Shown here: in pieces, positions 1 through 8,985 of the stretch
Position numbering within the stretch: the stretch's first letter is position 1
Layout of the letters: each line of letters opens with the position of its first letter
Source of the DNA: Thecamonas trahens ATCC 50062
Taxonomy: Eukaryota; Protista; Apusomonadida
Direction of reading: 5' to 3'
Assembly (NCBI RefSeq): GCF_000142905.1
Contig: NW_013657673.1
Location: forward strand, 124,001-188,000
Length of the DNA stretch: 64,000 bases
Notes under the pieces: generated by a model
The model's input: only the letters and a program-made list of their open reading frames with translations
Database searches by the model: none
Told to the model about the DNA's origin: nothing
Translations under genes and position numbers: made by a program

Positions 1-253
1 TCCGATCCCCGCCGCAGAGGACGACAACAAGGCCAGGCAGATCGGGCGTCGACGGTGGATACCACTCGGGATCATTCGCCCGGAGCTTGGCCGGCGGGAG
101 CCACTCGGTGAAGACCACCCTCTCGGGCTCCTGCATCCACGCCTCGAACGAGTCCACTACCCGGGCGTCGACCACTAGCGCTCCGTTGTTGAGTGCGTTG
201 TAGACCTCGCGCGGAGAGGTAACGGCAGGCACAGTCTCGTTTCCACTCGCCAT
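1..253 (-). CDS. Partial gene (5' end only) with an N-terminal rhodanese/Cdc25-like domain, possibly a dual-specificity phosphatase-type protein
   Basis: Own translation from ATG at 253, open to the window edge: MASGNETVPAVTSPREVYNALNNGALVVDARVVDSFEAW... The 'spxEvYnaL...lvvDaR...F' pattern is typical of rhodanese-fold starts. Confidence 0.45.
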   Translation of the reverse strand, partial: MASGNETVPAVTSPREVYNALNNGALVVDARVVDSFEAWMQEPERVVFTEWLPPAKLRANDPEWYPPSTPDLPGLVVVLCGGDR

Positions 254-544
254 CTCGACCGCCCAGTTGACCAAGCGGCGTGTGTCGCTCGTCGTGCCCG
301 TCGGCCATGAGGTCAGCCAGCCAGCTGCACGTCGGCAAGTCAGAGTCGCACTAACAGTGGCGCCATCGTCCACATTGGCTGACGAGTCGCAGCAGGTCAA
401 AACCGCGACCTCTTTTTGCGTACCACCATTGAATCGGGTCTTCCGCTGCCTGCCATCCCATGACTGGTGGACAGCACGACAACCAAGCCACCTCCCTCCA
501 GGGCACGTACATCAGGCGAAACGTCTTTGTAGAAGTGATTTTGT

Positions 545-2698
545 ATGGCCATGGATATGTCGTCTGAGTCGACCATCGACTCGTATACCTATTCATTTGA
601 AGAGTACTCGGCAGAGGTCGCGCTTGATGCCGTCAACAGTGGCACCGCGGCTTCTGGCAGAGGTGCCAGTCACGGCAGCCATCCGCATCGGCGGAAGGCC
701 TCCCACGCGCACATCGGCTCGCAGAGCACTGTCTCACATGGCCTCAAGGTGGATGTGGCTGGAACCAAGGGCTCGCATCCCGAGCGGGCATTGGACTCGC
801 CAGCCGAGTCGCCGTGGTGGCGGAGAGCCGGGGCCAAGTCGACCGGGGCCTTTGTGCCTGAGCCTGCGGCCAAGCCGGACATCCCGTCGCTGCCGATGGT
901 CGAGGCCGGAGCCGGTGCGGGTGAGAACAACCTGACATGGCGCAATGTCCAATACTCGGTCGTCTCCAACGAGAACGGTGAGCAGCTGCCGATCTTGCAC
1001 GGGCTGTCCGGGACGGTGGCGGCTGGACAGACGCTGGCCATCCTCGGCCCGTCGGGCTCGGGCAAGACCTCGCTGCTCAACATCCTTGGCGGGCGCGTGA
1101 CCGAGAACGTGATCGGAGACGTGGCGCTCTCGGGCACACCGGTGACCAAGGTCTCCCGGCGCAAGGTTGGGTACGTCCTGCAGGAGGACTACCTGTTCTC
1201 GGAGCTGAGCGTGAGCGAGACACTCGAGTTTGCGGCCGCGCTTTCGCTCCCGGGCTCCCTCACCGACGCGGAGCGGAGCGCGCGGGTGGAGGCGCTGGTG
1301 GCAGACTTGCGGCTCTCGGCCTGCATCAACACCCGCATCGGCTCCCAGTTCAAGAAGGGCGTGTCTGGCGGCGAGAAGAAGCGGACCAACATTGCGGTCG
1401 AACTGCTGAACAACCCGGCCGTGCTTCTTCTCGACGAGCCGACGTCGGGCCTCGACGCGGCGACAGCGCTTCTACTCATCAAGCTGCTGCAGCGGCTGGC
1501 GGTCTCGCGCTCGCAGGCCGTCATCACCACCATCCACCAGCCGTCGTCGCAGATCTGGGCGCTCTTCGACTATGTACTTGTGCTTGACAAGGGGCACACG
1601 GCATACTTTGGCCCGGCGGCCGACATGATCGACACCTTTTCCACCATCGGCATCACCTTTCCGCACCACTATAACCCGGCCGATTTTGTGCTCGAGGTTG
1701 TCTCGCACGCCACCGACGAGGCGAGGACCAAGGTTCGTGCGCTCGGCCAGTCGTGCATTCCGCACGCCAGCATTGACATGCGGCTCGCTGCCATCGACAC
1801 TGGTAGGTCGGGCTCGTCGTCGCCGCGCAACCGCTCGAGCAGCGACCAGTACGAGGCATCGTGGCTGCGGCAGATGTGGCTCCTCGCCAAGCGGGCGTTC
1901 AAGCAGAACCGCGGCGACGTGCTCTCGCCGGTCAACTTTGGCCAGATCCTGACCCTCGCTGTTGTCTCGGCAGTCATCTGGTGGCAGATCGACGACACCG
2001 ATGCCACCATTCACGACCGAGTCGGCCTTCTCTTCTTTGCTACCATCTTCTGGGGCTTCTTCCCGCTCTTTCACTCGATGACCACCTTTACCATCGAGCG
2101 CGGCATCGTCAAGAAGGAGCGCGACGCCGGCATGTACTCGTGCTCGGCGTACTTTGTGGGCAAGACGCTCGCCGAGACGCCGATCCAGCTCCTGCTGCCG
2201 GCCATGTGGATCACCGTCGTCTTCCCGTCGGCTGGCCTCTCGTCCGAGTTCTCGGCCTACCTTGTCTCGCTCCTTCTTCTTCTTCTCCACGTCGTCGCCG
2301 GGCAGTCTGTCGGCCTCATTGTTGGCACTATCTTTGTCAACGTGACCAAGGCCATGACCGTCGCCGGCACTGCGCTCCTCACTCTCATGCTCATCTCCGG
2401 CTTTTACGTCAAGACCGACAACCTTCCGTGGGATTGGCTCCGTGGCCTCCAGTACCTCTCCATCCTCAAGTATCACTGGGAGGCACAGGTTGTCAACGCC
2501 ATTGCCGGCCAGACTTTTGCTTGCGTCGACGCCGCCAACCCGTCGGCCGACTTTGCCGTCTGCCCGGTCACCGAGTCGGCCATCCGCAACTTTTACGACT
2601 TTGACGTCGAGCCGTGGGCCAACGCCATGGTTCTTCTTGGCTTTGCCATCCTTGCCCGCCTAGGCGCGTACGGCATTCTCCGCCTCCGCGGCGTTTAA
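545..2698 (+). CDS. ABC transporter G family (White-like) half-transporter, NBD-TMD, 717 aa
   Basis: Walker A GPSGSGKT, signature VSGGE, Walker B LLLDEPTSGLD, H-loop TIHQP, NPADF motif and a C-terminal ABC2-type membrane domain. Confidence 0.95.
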   Translation: MAMDMSSESTIDSYTYSFEEYSAEVALDAVNSGTAASGRGASHGSHPHRRKASHAHIGSQSTVSHGLKVDVAGTKGSHPERALDSPAESPWWRRAGAKSTGAFVPEPAAKPDIPSLPMVEAGAGAGENNLTWRNVQYSVVSNENGEQLPILHGLSGTVAAGQTLAILGPSGSGKTSLLNILGGRVTENVIGDVALSGTPVTKVSRRKVGYVLQEDYLFSELSVSETLEFAAALSLPGSLTDAERSARVEALVADLRLSACINTRIGSQFKKGVSGGEKKRTNIAVELLNNPAVLLLDEPTSGLDAATALLLIKLLQRLAVSRSQAVITTIHQPSSQIWALFDYVLVLDKGHTAYFGPAADMIDTFSTIGITFPHHYNPADFVLEVVSHATDEARTKVRALGQSCIPHASIDMRLAAIDTGRSGSSSPRNRSSSDQYEASWLRQMWLLAKRAFKQNRGDVLSPVNFGQILTLAVVSAVIWWQIDDTDATIHDRVGLLFFATIFWGFFPLFHSMTTFTIERGIVKKERDAGMYSCSAYFVGKTLAETPIQLLLPAMWITVVFPSAGLSSEFSAYLVSLLLLLLHVVAGQSVGLIVGTIFVNVTKAMTVAGTALLTLMLISGFYVKTDNLPWDWLRGLQYLSILKYHWEAQVVNAIAGQTFACVDAANPSADFAVCPVTESAIRNFYDFDVEPWANAMVLLGFAILARLGAYGILRLRGV

Positions 2699-2833
2699 AC
2701 CGAGGACAGACCGTGGCTGGGACTGTGCTTCCCTCTCTCGCCTCGACCGCCAATCGAACATTCCGGCTTGCGCGACAAAACCGCGCACCCTTTTTCGCCT
2801 GCGCGGCTTGGTTCGAGCTGGTCAGTCACAGTC

Positions 2834-4108
2834 ATGAGCGACACCAGTACACCCGACGGGCTACCAGGTAGCCAACTGTGCAAGGCCAGTCGAGCCAATC
2901 TGACCGATGAAGAGCGGGCGAGGCGCAAGGAGGCGGCGATGCGGGCAGCGGGCACGTGGCGGGAGGAGACGAGCCGAAGCGATGCCGAGATGCGGGTGCT
3001 CTTTCCGCGCTATCCTGCAGCCGATGGCAGTGACGACGACGACGTCTCGGCGTGGCGGATCTCGTACGCGCCGTCCGACACAGCCGGCATTGCCGCGGCT
3101 CTGGAGGTGTACGGCATGGTGGTGGTCGACGTGCTCACGTCTGACGAGGCCGACGCCACCGCTGCCGATCTGCTGGCGGATGCGTCGGCGCAGGCGAACC
3201 CAGCCAAGGCGACGGCGGCGCTCGATTTCAACGATCCGACGACATGGGAGTCGCGCAACTGGCCCAAACCCAAGTCCAAGTTCCTCTTTGGCTCGCCGGC
3301 GTTTACGCAGCTTGCCTTTGCGATGCGAACGCATCCCGCCATCTACGAGGTCTTCCGCGGCCTGTACGGCGGCGAGGAAAAGCTCTGGGCTTCCATTGAC
3401 AACTGGGGCGTGATGCGAGGGACACGGAACTTGCGGATGAGGAATGAGGAGACCGGCGAGGTGGAGGACGGCGTCGAGCGGCCGCAATGGCGGACCTCGC
3501 TCGGCCCGCACTGGGACTGCAACCCGCATCGGATCGTGGAGATCGACCGGGCCGAGGGCCACGCCCAGCGGTACCAGGGCCTGGTAGCGCTGGTCGACTG
3601 TCCGATCACAACAGGGACCTTTGCCTGCGTCCCAGGTTCGTCGGCCTACCTCGACACCTGGGTCAGTGAGCACTTTCGCGACGGCAAGGCCGGGCTGGCC
3701 AACCGATCGGTTCGACCCAAGGCAAGCGATCCGATGGCAGCATACATGCAGCCGATCCCGCTGCGCAAGGGCCAGATGGTCATCTGGCACTTTGAGCTCC
3801 TGCATGCTAACGTGCCAAACACCTCCAGCAACATGCGACTTATCCAGTTCATTCGCATGATGCCCGCCTGGGACGCCGAGCAGCGGGCCATGTCCCGCTC
3901 CAAGGACCGCCACTCGCCACCTAAGATCTGGAAGCGGTATCCCGAGATCGCCGACCACGTCCGCACTACTTATAGTCTCTCTTCGCTCCAGCTCCGGCTC
4001 ACCGGTTTCTTGCCATGGTCCGATGACGACGACGACGACGATCCGCCTGTCGAGCCATCGACTGCAGCCGCGGCTGACTGCTGTGCCTTGAACGCCGAGA
4101 CCGCCTGA
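2834..4108 (+). CDS. Phytanoyl-CoA dioxygenase (PhyH)-like 2OG/Fe(II) oxygenase
   Basis: HxD motif (PHWDCNP), YQGLVAL...GTFACVPGS, distal His (LLHANVPN) followed by Arg (MRLIQF). ATG at 2834 is in frame with ORF 2768..4108. Confidence 0.8.
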   Translation: MSDTSTPDGLPGSQLCKASRANLTDEERARRKEAAMRAAGTWREETSRSDAEMRVLFPRYPAADGSDDDDVSAWRISYAPSDTAGIAAALEVYGMVVVDVLTSDEADATAADLLADASAQANPAKATAALDFNDPTTWESRNWPKPKSKFLFGSPAFTQLAFAMRTHPAIYEVFRGLYGGEEKLWASIDNWGVMRGTRNLRMRNEETGEVEDGVERPQWRTSLGPHWDCNPHRIVEIDRAEGHAQRYQGLVALVDCPITTGTFACVPGSSAYLDTWVSEHFRDGKAGLANRSVRPKASDPMAAYMQPIPLRKGQMVIWHFELLHANVPNTSSNMRLIQFIRMMPAWDAEQRAMSRSKDRHSPPKIWKRYPEIADHVRTTYSLSSLQLRLTGFLPWSDDDDDDDPPVEPSTAAAADCCALNAETA

Positions 4109-4331
4109 TGCTGATGTGGACGGAGGCATGACGACCACCGCAGGTGCAAACCATATCCAGTAACCCGTAAACTCCCTTCCATCCGCGTCCTAAAGCTTGC
4201 AGAGGGCCACCCGACTGCGATGGCGCGCGCCTGCCCGCCCCTCGCGCCCGTCCGACTGCCATGCCAGCCCGCCCGTCCGCTTGCCATCCTCATCGTCCCG
4301 GCCACTCCTCTCCCGACGCGGGACGGCGGGC

Positions 4332-5282
4332 ATGGCATACCCAGCCTTCCGGACAACCTTCCACACCCCGTCGCCGTCCGAGGCACGGGCAGAGGCCGCC
4401 AAGGCCACGGTGGGCACCGGCCGCTACCGGCCGCCGCGGGCCGACGTGTGCCGGCCGGAGCTTCCGGGGCCCAACTCGCCGCTGGCACGTGGGCATCCGG
4501 TGCTGTCGTATGCGCAGGCCATGTACGAGGATGAGGCCCGGGCGGCGTTGGCCAAGGTTGTTTCGCCCAAGCCGTGGATCGCTGCATCACACTCGCCGGA
4601 CGCTGCAGAGCTGGCGGCCAAGGCGGCCAAAGCTGCCGGCCCGCTCCGCGGCCGATACCGCCCGCCGCGGGCCGACGTCTGTCGCCCTGATCTACCCGGG
4701 CCCAACTCGCCACTAGCTCGCGGACATCCGGTGCTGTCGTATGCGCAGGAGATGTATGAGGACGAGGCCCGGGCGTCGCTGGACAAGCTGCTGGCGGTCC
4801 ACGGGCCGAACTCTGTCCGGCAGCAGAGGCAGCGGCGACGGCCGAGCCCAAGCTCGCGGGGGCGATCGGGCTTGGCCCGTCCACGATCTCGCTCCCGCTC
4901 GGCCCGCCCTCGCGCCCGCTCTGGCTCGGCCCGCCCGTCTGCCTCGACCCGACGCCCCGCGGCTGATCACCGGGCATCGGCTCGCCGGGCGGCATCGACT
5001 GGCCCGCACACTCGCCGCCAGCCTCCGCCAACCCCTCAGCCGACCTCGGGCTACACGCCGACGTTTGCGCCGACGGTGGCGCCACCAGAGCTTGCAGCAT
5101 CGGTGAGGGCGTCGGCGCAGCAGGCGTCGTTCTTTGCGCAGCAGCCGCGGCTGGCGGCACTCCCGGCATCGCCGCCATCGCACCAGGCTGCACCGTCGCC
5201 ATCTTCACCGCCAGCACCCGGCTCGGCACAAGAGCTTCAGCTTTGGCGCAGCTTTCGCGACCGCGGCAGCGCGGCGTCCTGA
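4332..5282 (+). CDS. Hypothetical protein with two ~77-aa internal repeats and an Arg/Ser/Pro-rich tail
   Basis: ATG at 4332 within ORF 4197..5282. The duplicated block GRYRPPRADVCRP(E/D)LPGPNSPLARGHPVLSYAQ(A/E)MYEDEARA differs mainly at third codon positions, which supports this reading frame. Confidence 0.6.
   Translation: MAYPAFRTTFHTPSPSEARAEAAKATVGTGRYRPPRADVCRPELPGPNSPLARGHPVLSYAQAMYEDEARAALAKVVSPKPWIAASHSPDAAELAAKAAKAAGPLRGRYRPPRADVCRPDLPGPNSPLARGHPVLSYAQEMYEDEARASLDKLLAVHGPNSVRQQRQRRRPSPSSRGRSGLARPRSRSRSARPRARSGSARPSASTRRPAADHRASARRAASTGPHTRRQPPPTPQPTSGYTPTFAPTVAPPELAASVRASAQQASFFAQQPRLAALPASPPSHQAAPSPSSPPAPGSAQELQLWRSFRDRGSAAS
4419..4780 (+). repeat. Direct duplication of a ~130-bp core (period 231 bp) inside the orphan CDS
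   Basis: Copies start at 4419 and 4650; near-identical peptide. Confidence 0.9.
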
Positions 5283-5357
5283 TGGCGACGCAATGGTACT
5301 GCAATTTATCATGCGCGGCAGGGCTTCAGCAGCCTTGCGTCGCGAGCCATGTGCGGC

Positions 5358-5966
5358 TCACAGATAGTTGTCATCACCATCATCGTCGCCTTCATCATCA
5401 AACGCATGCTCGAGGTTGTCCTCGTCGTCGTCGACATAGTTTGTGATGTAGTCGTCGCCACCAGCATCGTCGTCGTCCTCGTCGTCGAGCACATCGTCAT
5501 CACCCTGCTGGTTGTCATCGTCACCAGCACCGTCGCCAGACAGCTTCTTGGACGACCCGGCCTCACCGCCATCGTTGCCGTCCTCGTCTTCGTTGTCGAC
5601 CACCACATCGGCTGCGGTGGCGCCATCGTTGGTCTCGTTGTCGTCGCCTAGAGCCATGGCGGCCGACAGCGGCGTCCGCCAGGCACCGGGCAGACCCTGG
5701 CGGCCGCTCTGAGCCGCAGCTGCATTATGCGGAGCATCCGGATGAAGAAGAGGCGGAAGAACATTGTTCCGGAACGGGCGGTGAAGAGCAAGCTTGCCCA
5801 TGCCCATGGTGTACGGCGGGAGGGTGTGGCCGAGCGGAGGGTACCACGGCGACTGGGCCGCCCGGGCCATCATCCGAGGCACCCGTGAGCCAAGTGGCGG
5901 GAAGATAGGCCCCGGCGTGCGGCCCTGTCGGTACGGAGCAGTGGGAATGGCACCTTGGGCAGACAT
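5358..5966 (-). CDS. Probable RNA polymerase III subunit RPC31/RPC7-like, 202 aa
   Basis: N-terminal PxPIFPPL, SPWY and LPPLL segments. The very acidic tail ends DDYITNYVDDDED...DDNYL, matching the DYxxxY(F)D acidic tail I recall from C31/POLR3G. Family recognised from memory, not by search. Confidence 0.55.
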   Translation of the reverse strand: MSAQGAIPTAPYRQGRTPGPIFPPLGSRVPRMMARAAQSPWYPPLGHTLPPYTMGMGKLALHRPFRNNVLPPLLHPDAPHNAAAAQSGRQGLPGAWRTPLSAAMALGDDNETNDGATAADVVVDNEDEDGNDGGEAGSSKKLSGDGAGDDDNQQGDDDVLDDEDDDDAGGDDYITNYVDDDEDNLEHAFDDEGDDDGDDNYL

Positions 5967-6204
5967 GGTGTGTGTGTGGGGTGTGTGGGGCGTGTGTGGG
6001 GTGTGTGGGGGTGTGTGGGGGTGGGGGGCGGGTGGCGTCGAGTGTGATGGCAGGCGAGACCGTGAGGCGAGAGGCGGAGAGGCGACGGGCTTCGACCAGA
6101 CCATCGGCTCAGTCTCGGCAAGGGCTGAACATGGGTACGGGTGGCAAGAGTCATCTTCATTGAGCTCTGTGGCCAGATAGTCTCGGGGGGATGGGGGGGG
6201 AGGA

Positions 6205-8745
6205 CTACAGCTTGATGGACTTGGAGATGTCGTCCTTGATACCGCGCTCCTCGCCGCCGTAGAAGCCGCGCTCGCGGAGGTCGGCAACCTGGCTGCGGCG
6301 CTTCTTGACGGCCTTCTCGTAGCGGATGCGACCCTTCTTGCGCGGGTTGGAGACCTCCTTGTTGCGGTGCGGGCGGAGACCTCTGTTGTTCATGATCTGG
6401 TAGCCGGCGGCGCGCTTGCCGCCGTCCATGGCAGCCTCGCGGTCGTCCATGTAGCCCTCGGGCGCCTTGCGGGCATGGATGCCGCGCGAGCTCTTGCGCT
6501 TGGAGCGCGACGAGGTCTTGGACGCCTCGAGCGCCTGTTCGTAGAGAGCAGCGGCTTCGGGGTCGAGCGCCTTGCGCTTCTTGGTCGGGCGCGCGATGGT
6601 GTCATCGTCCGACTCGCCGCCACTGGCCTTGCGCTCGCGCTTGGCCTTGCGCCGCGCGCGTGCAGCCTCGAGCTCTGACGCGCGCTGCGAGTGCGACTTG
6701 CGGATGGGCAGGTCGACGTCGACCGAGCCCTTGGACTTGCGCTTGGCCTTGGAGCCACCCTCCATGTCGCGGACGTACTGCTCGAGCGACCGGGCCTTGG
6801 CTGCCTTGGTCGCCACCATGTCCGACCGCTCGTTGGCGATCGAAGTGATGGCCTCAAGGTCGCGGTAGTCGTCAAAGTCCTCGAGCCGGTTGAGCGACGC
6901 GAGCTTCTGCTTGCGCTCCATGGCCCTCCGCTGCTTCTTGCTCAGAATGAGCCGCGTAAAGTTCTCCTCCTCATACTTGGTCCGCTCGGCTGCCTCCTCG
7001 TCAAAGAACTCGAGGTCCGTCACGCCTGGGTTCCGCATCTCGCGCGGCTTCTCCGAGAACTCGTCCTTGAGCGCACGGAGCATCGACGACTTGCGAAGCT
7101 TGGCCTTGACCCGCCGCTCCTTCTTGGCCAGCCGCGCCTCCTCGGACCCGGTGTCGAGCGAGACGGCGGTGACCCGCGGCGCCCGGTACGGGGCCGCCGC
7201 CGTCGGCGGCGACGCCACGCCCGACTCGTCCGACTCGTCATCCGAGCCCGACCGGACAATATCGTCGTCCGACGAGTCCATCGCCTCAGCCTTGCGCCGC
7301 GACTTGCGCTTGCGGCCGCTCCGCGCCGGCCGCGCCCGCGCCGCAAGCGTCGAGCGGAACGCCAGCGGATCGGCCGCCATCCGGCCGGCCACGCCCTCAG
7401 CACTCGCGGCAGCCTGCAGCTCCTCGCCAGACGCCTCTGCGTTGGCCATCCGCAGCAGTTTGGACAGTTGGTACCCGAGCTTCTTGTCGAGCGGGCCGAG
7501 CTTGGTAAGCGTCACACGCAGCCGCAGCAGCTCGTCGATGACCGGATGGTCTTTGACCGACTTGCCCGACGCCTTCAGCAGGAGGTAGAACACAATGTCT
7601 GTGCAGTACGAGAGGAGCAGGTGGAACTTGACCTGCAAGTACGAGACTCCGTCCTTGGTCAGTAGCTTGGCGGCAGCCACTGACTCGAGCAGCGGCAGCA
7701 GCTGGTCCTGCAGCACGCTGATCTTGTCGCGGAACTCGACAAGGAGCTGCAGCAGCTCGGGCGAGTCGCGCTCAAGCAGCTGGATCTGCTGCTCCAGGCT
7801 CAGCGAGTCGATGTCCTTCTCCAGTGCAGGCATGACCTTGGCGTCGAGCAGCGAACCGGCCTTGCCTCCCTTCTTGCCGCCGTCATCTGACCCAGACTCG
7901 GCCCCCGCGTCAGAGTCAGAGTCGGACGAGTCGAGCCCATAGTCACGGGCCGAGAGGCCGGCCGCGATGGCCCGCTGCTGTGCCAGCGCCGCCCGCTCCT
8001 CATCGGCCTTGACCGACACATGCTCGCCGGCCTCATCCGAGTACGAGTTCTCGTCCTCATCGGCACCGTAGTATGCCTCGCGCGAGGTGCCCCATGCCTT
8101 GGTCAGCGCCTCGGCCTCGGCCGCGTCGCCCGAGCCCTCCTCCGAGTCGTCGTCCAGCGGCTGCGCCAGCTTGCCCATCCGCCTGCGATGCTTGGCCAGC
8201 ATCTCCTTCAGCCGCCGCTCCTCCAGCTCCACTGCCGTCACATACTCTGCCGACTCTTCGTCCGAGCTCGAGCCCGACGATGCTCCTCCCTTGCCCCTGC
8301 GCGCCCTGCTCGCCCCACCGCTGCTGCTGCTGCTTTCCACCACCGACGAGCTGGAAGCCGACGAGGCCTCCGACAGCGCCATGACCTCCTCCTGAACAGA
8401 CCCAGACGACGAATCTTCCGACTCGAGTGCCACTTTGTGCCGCTCATCCATAACTGTGTGAGGGATGGGAGGGAGGGAGGGTGAGTATGGGTGAGGGGAC
8501 GGGGGGGGGGGGGTGGAAGGCGTGTGGGTCATCTCCCATCCTGGGCCCATCCATCCGCAGTGGGTGTGTGGGGGGAGGGGGGGCATGGTGAGGGAGGGGG
8601 GGTAGGGAATAAGGGACAGGGAGTATGTGTGGGTGTGTGGGTGTGTATAGGCATGTAGTGTGGGCGTACACTTGTCCACTTCCTCCTTCACGTATTGGCT
8701 GCCCTCATCCTCAGAGGCACCGCGTCGGCGACTGCGGCGGCCCAT
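6205..8745 (-). CDS. UTP3: Sas10/Utp3 small-subunit processome component; exons 8670-8745 and 6205-8453, ~774 aa
   Basis: WG..REAYYGAD, DSPEL, YLQVKFHLLLSY, HPVIDELLRLR and the C-terminal Sas10 domain (YQIMNNRGL..R.K...NPR.K.R..YEKA...YGGE..GI). Splicing gives EEVDKFMDER. Confidence 0.93.
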   Translation of the reverse strand: MGRRSRRRGASEDEGSQYVKEEVDKCTPTLHAYTHPHTHTYSLSLIPYPPSLTMPPLPPHTHCGWMGPGWEMTHTPSTPPPPSPHPYSPSLPPIPHTVMDERHKVALESEDSSSGSVQEEVMALSEASSASSSSVVESSSSSGGASRARRGKGGASSGSSSDEESAEYVTAVELEERRLKEMLAKHRRRMGKLAQPLDDDSEEGSGDAAEAEALTKAWGTSREAYYGADEDENSYSDEAGEHVSVKADEERAALAQQRAIAAGLSARDYGLDSSDSDSDAGAESGSDDGGKKGGKAGSLLDAKVMPALEKDIDSLSLEQQIQLLERDSPELLQLLVEFRDKISVLQDQLLPLLESVAAAKLLTKDGVSYLQVKFHLLLSYCTDIVFYLLLKASGKSVKDHPVIDELLRLRVTLTKLGPLDKKLGYQLSKLLRMANAEASGEELQAAASAEGVAGRMAADPLAFRSTLAARARPARSGRKRKSRRKAEAMDSSDDDIVRSGSDDESDESGVASPPTAAAPYRAPRVTAVSLDTGSEEARLAKKERRVKAKLRKSSMLRALKDEFSEKPREMRNPGVTDLEFFDEEAAERTKYEEENFTRLILSKKQRRAMERKQKLASLNRLEDFDDYRDLEAITSIANERSDMVATKAAKARSLEQYVRDMEGGSKAKRKSKGSVDVDLPIRKSHSQRASELEAARARRKAKRERKASGGESDDDTIARPTKKRKALDPEAAALYEQALEASKTSSRSKRKSSRGIHARKAPEGYMDDREAAMDGGKRAAGYQIMNNRGLRPHRNKEVSNPRKKGRIRYEKAVKKRRSQVADLRERGFYGGEERGIKDDISKSIKL
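8454..8669 (-). other. Spliceosomal intron of UTP3 (216 nt, in frame, stop-free)
   Basis: GTACGC donor, TACTCAC branch-like motif (8481-8487), CACAG acceptor; C-rich low-complexity sense strand. Confidence 0.85.
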
Positions 8746-8985
8746 GGTCTGTTGGTGGCGCTGTGAGTTGGGTGGCGATGCTTGGGCTTTGGTCAAGTTG
8801 GCGGCTGGGGATGGTTGGCCCCGTCAGCTGGGGATGTGGTCTCGCTGAGGAGGATCGGGGATATGAATTGGCGTAGTTCCTTATGAGAATGAGGTGGATG
8901 AGGCTGGGTTTGGGGCTGGGTGGGGCATGGTCTCATTTAGATTGCTCTTGCTCTTGCCTGGGGGTGGCTGTTGCGCGGCAAGCGG

